Source: Balanoglossus misakiensis (taxonomy: Eukaryota; Animalia; Hemichordata). Taken from it: a stretch of DNA of 64,000 nucleotides. The notes under the pieces were generated by a model. That model searched no databases, was not told where the DNA came from, and was given only the letters and a program-made list of their open reading frames with translations. The stretch lies in assembly GCA_040954595.2 (NCBI GenBank), contig CM082582.2:8328425-8392424 (forward strand). The letters are read 5' to 3'. Below, piece by piece: positions 28,480-39,891 of the stretch; the first letter of the stretch is position 1, and each line of letters begins with the position of its first letter. The translations under genes were made by a program, and so were the position numbers.

Positions 28480-28830
28480 TTGAGAATTAATTGAAACGTA
28501 CTTCTCCCCGTCCCGCGCAACGTACTTCTGAATAAATCCACATTACGCACCCGTGTCTCGAGCGTGCATCAGAATGGAAATCCCAGACTCCTAGAGCTCA
28601 GCCTACTTCAGAATAAATAGCCTCTGATTTCCAAAACACCCTGACCTGTATATTTCTGAATGAATTCAACCGATTCCCCCCAGTGTAATGGGGGTTGCGT
28701 ATCTCGGAATAAATTGAATCTGATTTCCCTGTGTCCCAAGCTGTGTGTTTCTGAATGAATTGGATCCAATCTCCCTTGCATCCTGCGATACGGATTTGCT
28801 ATTTTTTTCTTTTCTCAGAATGAATCAGAT
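28480..28830. repeat. Degenerate ~46-bp minisatellite
   Basis: A (t)tc(t/a/g)GAAT(a/g)AAT core recurs with GAAT at 28484, 28530, 28572, 28611, 28658, 28707 and 28753. Confidence 0.65.
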
Positions 28831-30299
28831 GCTTGTGAATGATTATCGTGTCTCAAGGGTCTAGCACAGGCAGCCCTGGAGTGCCTGTGGAATACCGATT
28901 CCGCACGCTGTACTACTAATGGAGTTCTTTGCCCAGCTGTAAGCACTTGGTGTAACATTTCATTCGATTAGGCCTCATCTCCTCTGGGTTGCAGTCACTA
29001 CACACGGACTGCAATCCGTACACGTTTACATTCTACACCTGCATCACAGATATACAAGATATGCTGCATCACAATCACGGCCAATGTTGCAGTAACGCGA
29101 CTACAGGTTTCAGATTGAGCTGCCCACTTGATTTTTTCTTTTCTCAATATAACCTAAACAGGGTCTCACTTGCATGCCTCGGGGTTACTTGTGATGGTCA
29201 AGGACACATACTTCATCAGAAAAGTGTTCTCCGCGATAGTTTATTTACTCGAGGAGCTGTACATCCTGGAATGTTGCAAAAATACATTTCAATCTGGTGT
29301 ATGTTTCATCCGTGCTATGCAGTATGAAAACCAGAAAGAACACGGAATAAATATATTATTTTTTCACCCTTTACATTATTGCTCTCTGCAAGACACTCTA
29401 TCTCAATCTATTATTCATTCGTACTGTTTTGTGTGACTTCTACTCAATAAATAATAGGATTTGGGAATTTCATGATAATCTGGCATGGACTATGCTCTAT
29501 GCAGGTACCTGTAATTATCAGTATAGCTGCTTTCTTGGGTGACAAAACAGTACCTCACCATTCTTTAAGTCTATATTACATTGAAACATTATGTCTTATC
29601 AAGAAATAAGAGCATGCTAAAACTACGCTAAAAGAGGAAAAAAATCTCCTTTTTTATTAAAAATGTGGTCAGAGAATTATGCTGTTTAATTTCTCTTAGG
29701 CAAAGAAACACAAGTCCAATTGGAATATACCACTGTTTTTACTATCAATCATGCATCATAACATTTTTTTTCCTTCTGCCATAAGAATACTCACTCACCT
29801 AAACTATTGCCCTCAACAGGTGTGAAAAATAAGTGTTTCCACAACTGAGACCTCATCTCTCATTTATCAAGCGCACTCGCACTGACTAATGATCCGCATT
29901 TGCAAACCTGCATATCTCAAATGCAATATTTCATGCTTTCGATGATTGCTTGCGAACGGGTCAGTCTATCCAGGCAGTGTCTTGTTTTTGATCAATTTGG
30001 TGTCAGGCATAAAACAAGGAGTCAGGAAAGAGATAAAATAAGATTTACTATTCCGATGCAATCTCGCCATGTTGTCATTCCCCTATAGTCATAATTGATC
30101 ACCTTCGCTCTTCAGTTTAAAGTCAAAGGCAGTAGTTCCAGAGAATGTAAAACTTTCCCCCATTTTGATTAAATGCGGCCATAAAATATTAACGGATGTA
30201 TCCGCTGTAGTTTTCCTTCTGCCAACTGACATTTGCCCCTTCAGATCATGCATATTGAAGTTTTGTATAACACTCAAAAAATACTATGCTCACTTAAAT

Positions 30300-30571
30300 A
30301 ATTTCACCAAACAAAATTTTGAATGAAAGAGTAAAATTGTGTGTCAAATTTTCTCAACTTCGAAATTCAAAATGGCCACCAATCTCTGTGGTAAGTCTAT
30401 GCAAAAAATTTAATGTAGTGATTTTCGTGAAAACAAGACGATGAACACCATGTTTTCTTCTTAGATTTCAAAGTGACTCCCCACACACTTTAATATAGCA
30501 AAGAACTGAAAAGTTTTGAGAAATATCGATTTTTCCGAAAAATCTGTCCCTGAAGGGCGTACTACCCTAAA
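30300..30571. repeat. Fragment of an interspersed non-autonomous DNA element, related to 21100-21360 and 3400-3514
   Basis: Shares the ordered motifs caaaattttga, aaaatggcc and aatctgtccc with 21200-21355. The terminal gtactacc(c/t)taa is shared with 3503-3514. Confidence 0.4.
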
Positions 30572-33500
30572 TACGTCACCAGAGACAGTCCAGCACTACC
30601 AGCACTGTGTACACACGTAAACCAGTCTGAGGTGAAACTTGTTGTGACATTTTCACAGCACCTGCAATTTATGGCTATCAACGAGAGCTGCTGGCTGACC
30701 TTTGCCTCTGGGTGGGGGGCAACAACAAACCACTTCTATTCAACCTTATCAGGTGAACGGGGCCGAGAACCGGGAAGTACACTGCCCATTCATGCGCGGA
30801 AAATAGGTTACCCTGATGCGATAAACAAGCATTTCCTTGTACACCTGATTTAGGACCTTACAGGGACCTGGTTTAACAATAAAGTGTGATGCAAGGATAA
30901 GTAAAAATTCAGTTTCTATTCAAAGAGAACAGACACTGGCAAGAAAGTTTGTCACTTGTGTTCACTTTTAGTTTGTTTTTATGTTAATGAATGGTTTTGA
31001 CTTCATGGTGTTAAAACCCGGATGGTGTAGTTAAGAAAAAAACAGCAGTGTCTTTTTTGTGTCAAAAATCCAATAATTTTCGTAAACTGGCTCGATTCTG
31101 GACTATAATATTAAATATGCAGTAATATAATAAATAACACATACTATGAATATAACATAGAATATACATGTACCACAATGAATAGGATCTATAGAGTGTG
31201 TAATTCCCTAGCTATAACCTTCCAGTGGGTTTCTTTTATTTGTCAGCCTGAATAATAATATCTGGCTAACCACAGTTCGGCAAGGGATTGTCAAGAAACA
31301 GCCAGAGACATGCAGATGAAAAGTGTTTCCCTTTTTGATTCACCAACTGGAATCAGCCGGACCCTCCAACTGGCCACTGTGTCGACACTAAAACCGAAGC
31401 AGGCTGTGGCCCACAGATTAGCTGCCAAGTATGCAAACACATGAAATATTTATGAAAACAGGATCACAATGCATTTGGTTTCAGATAGATTTAACGGGAC
31501 AGATGTCAGCTAGAAAATGATGGGAACGCAAATCCTTTGATAATCCAGCTGTACAGCTTTGATTACAGATGACACGTCTCATTCCGTGCACAATGTAGCC
31601 AATTTATGATTGACAGCTCCTTTGTGCGGCCAGTTTCTTTCTTTTTTTTAAATTTCCCCACTGTTCGCCTCCTTTCAATGGAATAATGTTGCTGGGTGAA
31701 TGGCGCAAGATGCGGGAGAGACTCGATGCGCCGCATCCATTCGGGAACCACTCCTGAAATGACACATGTCAGCCCAGCCATTGTGGTCGCTGCAAATCCC
31801 AATTAGGTTGAATCGCAATCCATTATGCGCGACTCATGTCTGTCTTTTACCCCTCTCGTCGCAGGTTGGTATTTCTGGCGGACCAGACTGACTGACTGAC
31901 TGTCAAGCACGTATTAGGAGGCGCACGTTGCCGGCACTATTGAGCAAAAAACCGAATCCACCTCAACTCCATTAACCCCAAAGACTTCTTGACACAACTT
32001 CACCATTGAAAAGTCAAACATCATGTAATGCACATCGGTACTATACGCAAGCACACAAAGACCAGGTTTATGATACAATGTGCGTCGCAGATTTCATCCT
32101 CATCCTGATGTTGTGATGGACGTAAGAGGACGGCTTTCTGCCAATAGCAGACAATGCAAAGACCCCCTCTGTAAACTCCTGATGATTGCCATGTCTTTTA
32201 AAAGGCACATTGCCCAATAGTTGCCACACCACTGCAAACCTGTTATGTTTGAATCAATAGAGAATTTCAGAATTCCGGAAAATTATGCAAATTTGCATTA
32301 AATATGCAAGCCATACCCACAAAAAATTAATCCATTCTTGCAATTTCCAAACAGAACACATGTACCACAATTGATTCTAGTCTGATCAGTCATTCTTGAG
32401 ACGTCTGCACACACGTGCACACACACACGTGCACACACCGACAGACATATAGTACATTAGCTGCATGTGTGAATAAGGGAGCTAACAATAGGCACAGTTG
32501 CTGAACTTTTGATCCTTTGAAGCCGACCACCAAGCAAAAGAAAAAGCCGAGAGGAACTCCAGGAAATAACTGGGGGAATACAGTGGCAACACTTACAGGC
32601 TTAACAGATTTAACAAAATCCGCTGTATGGTACAGTCAAAACACCATTGGTTTCAATCATGCAGTTGGACCCCCAAAAAATCAGGGAAGTAGAGTGAAAG
32701 GACTTGACCAACTTTTAATATCAATGAAACCGTCCACAAGTTCTACAGCATTTCAAACCCCTCCCTTTTTCCCCAACACCTATCTCAGCTATTATCAGCT
32801 ATAATGGATCTGAATCGAGACCTTTTTTTTCATTATCTTATTTGAAAATCAATGGCCATCTGGAAAGCCTATCTGATGACTCACTCTTTGCTTCCATACG
32901 AGGAAAAGTCTGAACCTGCCGGGCTCTCCCATTTTGCACTTGTCCTGCATTTCCAAGACTCCCCTGTCTCACAGAAATAATCCAACCTCCAGTAAATAGA
33001 GACATCTAAAGAAACCCTGCGCCTTATTACTTTCAGCGAGAAGCAAATCAACGTCACTTGTCGTAATTCGTCTACTAAGTAAAACAACATTTTTTTTTCG
33101 ACTCAATAGGAAATTGAATGATCTCCCACTAATCTGACCTTGCTTATACGAGATGTTATTTTCAAATCCGCGCAATCACTTTGACAGATTGTTTTTATTC
33201 GTCTCGCATTTTCTACAACACGCATTAGAGCTCTCAGACAACTCGTTGACAGATACCATTGCTGTGTGATGTATAATTTGATAGTATCAGACAGAAAAGG
33301 GTAGAGGGGTTCCTCTATAACTACATTGTACACCGTAGATGAAATCTCCATTTCATAATATACTGGTTTGATTTATGACAAAGCACGGAATATTTTCCAG
33401 CAACCATCACATGCTCCGCACTTTAAAAAGTCTGCATGCCGGTTCAGGACACCCATACTATCCCATTAACTCTTTTTCTTGAAATTTATCACTGCGGAAT

Positions 33501-34033
33501 GCTAGAAATGCTGTTTTTTCACACTCGTAGCAGCGAACCCACCCCGCTCTGGAGTGGTTTAGACCACCATGATCAGAATCCCCCTGCTCAGGAGTGGTCT
33601 TGGCCAGATATGAAACATGAAGAAAACAGCTGTTCATCGCTGGGACTAAAGCAATCACAGCTCTGTATACAGATGTATTGTCACAAAGAGATTAACATGC
33701 CTGTCTAGTGCATTTATTTCATCAAGATATTCCCAGCCTGTTAACTTGCGCTAGGTCAAAGGTCGGCAACACAACAGCGATACTGGGTTCGAATCAAGGT
33801 GCCTTTATAAATTATCTCAAGAAAATCTCCGATGTTTTCTTTTTATCTCTGACAGCGATTATTAATTTCTTGTCACCTGGACCCGCGAAGATCATTGAAA
33901 AGAACAGCTTAGTTATCAAAGCTGAATGCGAGCTATCCTCGGTATTTCGCGAACACCAGCTGTTTCTCCATCTCACAGATTTTCCATTCATCAAATTCCT
34001 AATATGAGAAATCATTTCTCCCACTTTAATATC

Positions 34034-34308
34034 TACATCTTCAGCTTAACAACGCTAAGTCTAATGAGGCTCCTATTTCATCAGGGTATTTTTTACAAGG
34101 GTTTCTTTTAGTTTTATGACGGAAAGTTTTCGGAAATATTAATTTCAGTTCTTTTACTACGCAAATGCAAATGAGGTCCTGTATACATCTTCAGCTTAAC
34201 ACCACCAAATCTAATGAGGTTCCTTTTTCATCAGGGTAATTTTTACTAGGGTTTTATGGAAATATTAATTTCATTTTTTTTACTTCACAAATGCAAATGA
34301 GATCCCGT
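34034..34308. repeat. Two-copy tandem duplication, 150-bp unit
   Basis: tacatcttcagcttaaca starts at 34034 and 34184. Both copies end caaatgcaaatgag.tcc.gt. The second copy has a ~25-bp internal deletion. Confidence 0.9.
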
Positions 34309-37300
34309 GACAAGTGAATTATCTTTCAAATTTTGAACTAATACTTTTGATTTATACATAAATAGAATGTGTTACTGATTTTCAATTTCAACCAGCACGT
34401 AATTCGTTATAACACAACGTGGCAGTTTTGCACCTTAATGTCGCTATTACGGCTAATAGGGAAATTTATACTACACGGTGATAAATGGCACTTATGAATA
34501 ATTTTTCACTTAAGTTGACATTAAACATAACGCTTGCTAAACCTGAACAGATGATAACACGCTGTTATTGAAGGACATCAATTTTGACAAATTGCTGCAA
34601 GCTCATTGTGTTTATCATTAACAATAATCCGTAGGCGTTATTGGCTCTTGAAATATTACCTGTAATGTCAACACAATGACATCCAGATGAAATCAGCAGG
34701 TGAAGTATACAGGAACAATTCAATGCCGTTTTTACCCTTTGAGGGAATTAAGTACCCAAAGGCCTTCGGTGTCATTAAAATTAATTTCTCAGCCTTACAA
34801 CATGTAAATTGGCCAAGCGAAGATGGCTGTACATGTATTACCAGAAATGGTAAACATCGCACTGTGCTTGCATGAGTGAGTCTGGATTAGAGAAAGAAGG
34901 TTGAAATATTACGAACACAGATCTCCGACTAAGAGAATTTTAATGTCTTGCAGCGGAATTCCGTAAGACCGATTGCACTGAGACAGCTTGACAAGTCATT
35001 TGAAAAGTTGTCAAAACTTACAGTGTACTTAATGCAACGGTGACAGATGTCTGGACACTGTATCGTACACCCAAGATCACCTTGTGGCTCTAAAGAGTGA
35101 TCTGCACACATGCGCTTTCCGCGGTGTTGATCAAAGTCCGCGACTACCCTGAACCCAAAACAACAACACTTGCCTTCATTGTGCTATCATCAGCGAAACG
35201 GCCATCGGAAAGACCAACAGCATTAAATACTTGGGGGAGAATAAAAAAAAAAGATGTGATTTATGGAGTACAAATAGGAATTCGCCATGTGGAATTCGCC
35301 GGGGAGTACATCTGCCAACACTCAGATCATTCCCTCGGTGATGTTTGGCCACTTCAGTGATGTAAGCGATACAGAAGACATTCCAGGCACACATGTACGG
35401 CATTCGGGCGTGAAGCAGCTTGATTGCCAAAAGATACTAAAGTTGATGAAGTCAAGTACATCAAATAACGGATGTCTTGACGGCCACCACCATCCCCCAT
35501 CAGGCACTTCCTGGGAGATTTGTTTATTTTACCTTTGCTTGGATATACCAAAAACTAGACGTGTCGACTGCTTTTCAATTGAATGCCCTTACACGAGCCT
35601 TCTTGTCTTGAACAAGCAAAGAGGTTCTGCCCCATTTGCTGGGTGATAATCAAGAAATAACTCATAAACGCTGAATGATTTCGTGTTCGTATGATGCTCT
35701 TTCAGATGACACCTGTGATAATCAGGCGGGAAAATAAAACTGTGATTTCATCCATCATTGGTGAAAACTTTTATTAGTATTACATTTAATTAGATCAACT
35801 GGGAGCAGTAGGTAACCACAATCAACGATGTGCATCAGGGCATGAAATGAATGGTATTTAATTTTATAATTACACTGGGTGCATTAGCCAAGATCAGCGA
35901 GGACCCAGGGGCACTCTGAGGTAGACGTCTGGTGAGCTAGAGCCTACACTCATTCGGATCACTATATCAACAACAACTTTCACCAGTATGTGGTGCATTT
36001 AACAATGTTTAGATTCTACTGAAGTGTGACCACATTGCAACCTTGACAAACTGCCTCCCTCCACACTTTTATTAAATTTACGTCTAAAATTACTGATAAA
36101 CGTGAACAAATCAAGTCTAAGGCGATGCCGACCGCTAAATCGGATCTGATTCTATTACCGTCAGCGGACTCCTGCCATACTGTATCGACGTTTACCTAAA
36201 CAGGTTCAGATAAATAATGATTGCCTGTCTCTCCAATATACTGGTCTGTCTACAATCTTGGCAAGCTCAAGGGAGCACCTGGGATAGATTTACAGATGTA
36301 AAGGGATGAAAATAATCGTCATGTTGATCTATTAACACAGTGAAAATTAAAATAAGACAAATTCACACCACATACAAGACATGCCAGTCGACGAATATCC
36401 ACATCAGATCTTGCATTTTCAATCTCTTTAAAAGACACCCGGGAAGATAATTGACATTGGTAATTTGTTTTTTTCTCTAATCAGTTTTATTGAATCTTAA
36501 CGGCACTTTACTGAAGACCTACATAGTGCTAACCATCTGATACAATTAATTGCCAATTATCCTGCAATCTCGTTGCAGAGGCAGCGTTAGAGACTTGATT
36601 ATTACCTGTAAGTATTGTCAAAGCACTTACATCTAATCTCAGGGCCACCGCAGACTGGCTACTTCTTTCATTAGACTTTTTAATTACTATTTGATGCACA
36701 ATTTGATTTCTCATTATCAACACCAGTGCCCATGTGGAATCCAGAGCCTTTTGGAAGACGAGACACTTTAATTCCAAAATGTTTGAATAACACAAGAACC
36801 GCAGACAACCGACCTTGCCTTAATGCTTGACTACTTTTCCTTGCTTCAAGTATTCATACTCTTGGAATTGACATAAATATAGTACAATGAAATGAAGGTC
36901 AGATAGTACATAAGAGCTTCATTTTGATTCATGAAAGCGACACCACGGAACAGGAAAAAATACTTGGGTGTGGATGAGTACTATAATGTAACAAGCACTA
37001 CATACTAAAAATTCCACGTCTAATTTGGGAAAAACCGTGGAGTGTGTCAGATATTGAATTGGATTAAAGAATGAGCTGGGATATTAGTTCTTCCGTCTCA
37101 AGTTTAGCTTGGTCACAAGAGCAAGAGAACCCGTACATGTAGATGTAAACACGGCCAATTTTTTCATATACTGAACGTAAGCCATTTGTACGTTATTTCG
37201 AATCCCTCTCAATGAACTTCCGGATCCTCCTTGAATAATGGTCCATGAGCTACAAACACCTTTAGTTTCTCTGATGTTTTTAAAGTCTACTTATTAAATG

Positions 37301-37707
37301 ATATAGGAGGCTTTAACTATGTCAAAACAACATAATTTGTGACAAAATATGCCAGAAATTTTCATTTTGATGACTTCCCGCTCGTTAAAAAACTGTCATG
37401 GAACAGAGAAAACAGTGAATGCATTGTTAGAGTGGGGGGATAGTAAGTTCCATGCATTCCAACGAATGACACAATGATGTATCTGTGAAGATTCTAATGG
37501 GTATGTGGACATGAACTGTCGTTAGAATATCTGCATGTGAATGGGACACCTGTTTATTATTTATCTTGTTCCAAGTGGTACCTGTATTCTCGTTCTACTT
37601 TTGTAGCTTCTGGGATACACCCCTAATGAAGTATCTATATGACCTAATCACAGTTTGACGGCGAAACCACAAAAATACTACTAAACGTTGACACCAAGGG
37701 GCTTTAA

Positions 37708-37791
37708 CCCTTTAGCCACCATGGTTTGGTCCAAATCCACTGTTTTCTATGATAAAGTTGAACCTCTACTGAGGGCAATGGGGTGAAAGGG
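37708..37791. mobile_element. ~84-bp piggyBac-type MITE, copy B
   Basis: TTAA|CCCTTTagccaccatggtttggtccaaatccactgttttctatgataaagttg...gaaaGGG|TTAA. Confidence 0.75.
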
Positions 37792-39396
37792 TTAAATACC
37801 ATACCATCCTGAATGAAATACTGCATGCGATAATATGAAAATCTGAATTAATAAAACCTCTTATTGCATCTATGACTGTTCATGTATTCATTATTTTTCG
37901 ATCAATCAACCACCACACCACCACCACCAGTTACAGACACAAATAGGATCTTTTTCACATTTCTGAATACATTGTTATATGTACAGGTCTGTAAACAACT
38001 TGCTACATCCTAAAAGACCACACAGTCGAACTTTGTCCGGAAACAATTACATGTGACACACTGTCAGTCCTGGCAACATGCATATCAACTTAATAGCAAA
38101 TCCAACAGGAACCAGAGAGCTTAATTAGTAATATGTCAACCTGAGCATGTGAGCTGGGGGTTAATATCTGGGTTAATATGCGCCCATCGCACACGAGATG
38201 TCTCCTTTTTCACGTTTGCCTCGACCATTATATAGAATTCCGCACAACCAATGCCCCGTGGCTGTATCATGTCCTCAGATGTTATGAGATCATTTAGTCT
38301 CCCACATGTCACTTTGTTCGCCAAACTAACAGGTCTGTTAGCAATCCCAATGTTTTTAATTGTTCAAAGTGATTGAACTTTGCATCTGGAGGACCCTCCC
38401 GCATACCCGCTTCATGGGAAAGAGAAACAGAACACAAATAAAAAGTTAATAGGCCTTGGCCCAGACAATTGCTCACGTCGCTAGCTAGATAAACCTTTCA
38501 AAGCATACAGATCATGATTTTTTCGTCAGTAATATACGTTAAGTCTCTGTATAATCATTTTACTTTTTTTTGTACTTATGGTTTTATATAATACTTGATA
38601 GCTTAAAACTTCAGTTTTCACAATACTCTTTTTTAAAACTTTCTCAATTTCTGGATTGTGGCCGAATATCAAAAGAACAATCTTTATTTTCCCACTCTAA
38701 GATAACAGCCTGTCATCTCACTAGTTATATTCCACTAAACTTTTAATGTACACTTGCACTGCCATTACAAATGGACTTTCCATAACCTTTTGTACATCAA
38801 CCAACATATCTGTACATACTATTACTTTTTTATCTTATATCTTTCACTATGATCAAGTTTCAATCATTCAAAGCAGTTACTTCTTATTACTTTAATAAGT
38901 AATTCTGTGGTAACTGCTTTGAATCTGACTAAGTTATTTCCTCTTTATTTGGTTCCTTTTATTATGATCATATTTAGTAGTTATGTCATCTGCTGCTAGT
39001 CAGTTTTCATAAACCATAAGATATTATCCAATACTAGTTTTCTAAGATATTAGTTGAGAATGTTTAGTATTACATATATTCACTCGCAATGAGTTGAATA
39101 CCTGTAACATGGTTAATATTGTTCTGTATTCATTTTGCTGAAACATATCAATACCTTGGAATCCAAGCTGTATTTCACAACTAGGCAAATGAAAAACACA
39201 GCGTGGATTCCAGGATATAGGAGAAAAAGCATTCCTCAATAAAAAAAACTACGATACTCTACCTCTGCAACCAACGGGGAATTTTGTACAAACCTTATCC
39301 AATCTTGAATCTTCTTAGTCAGTGAGTCAGCCTGCTTCTCAGAAAGTTTCTTTCTTCAGCCGATTGGCCGGGTATGGGAGTGGGGGTGCGGGTGTT

Positions 39397-39645
39397 AGTG
39401 CTATTGGTGCAGTGTTTCATCCAGGGTGTTTAATTGCAGGATCTGGGCAATCCGGCATGCCAATACTCTCCCTCCCTCCCATCCCTCCCCTCCCCAAGGC
39501 ATTCCCTCAAGGGGGTGTCCCTTAACCGGACAACAGCCTTTCATCCCCTACTGTAATATAAAGTCGAAGTCCCCCTGAAGATAATCCGAAGGGGGACCAC
39601 CACTCTTAGAATTGCACCCTGGATGAAACATTGCCAGTAGCCACT
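39397..39645. mobile_element. Foldback/MITE-like element with 19-35-bp terminal inverted repeats
   Basis: CAGTGTTTCATCCAGGGTG (39410) versus CACCCTGGATGAAACATTG (ending 39633), 18/19 complementary. The inverted repeat extends imperfectly outward (agtgctattgg / ccagtagccact). No clear target-site duplication. Confidence 0.6.
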
Positions 39646-39891
39646 GCTACTGACTTGAAACGTATGAGGTGGTGTATACTAGTATACAGCACCTCAAATT
39701 CTCAAGTTCAAGTTGAAAGTTAGTAAAAAGAGGACAGGTAATGAACATCTTTAGACAGATTTCTAGAGATATTCATTTGTTAAAGCAAAATATTATTTTC
39801 CTAGTAGTGGAAAATAATGTAAGCCGACAAGCAAACCAAAAATGTAATCATTTTTTGAGTTGCTCTGTCGGGAATTCACAAATCAACTTAC

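Larger units (their letters stand above)
1..39891 (-). other. Probable giant intron (>=39.9 kb) of the GSE1/Plexus-like gene
   Basis: GT donor at 39891-39890. No long or recognisable ORF lies downstream on the minus strand within the window, and the region is rich in repeats and MITEs. Small exons could have been missed. Confidence 0.6.

Noticed and set aside
28480-28830. CRISPR-like repeat/spacer appearance
   Set aside because: The cores are only ~12 nt and degenerate, the spacers are related to each other, there are no cas genes, and the context is a eukaryotic intron.
34070-34240. Hammerhead ribozyme in the tandem duplication (CTGATGA on the minus strand in both units)
   Set aside because: No stem II followed by GAAA at the required position.
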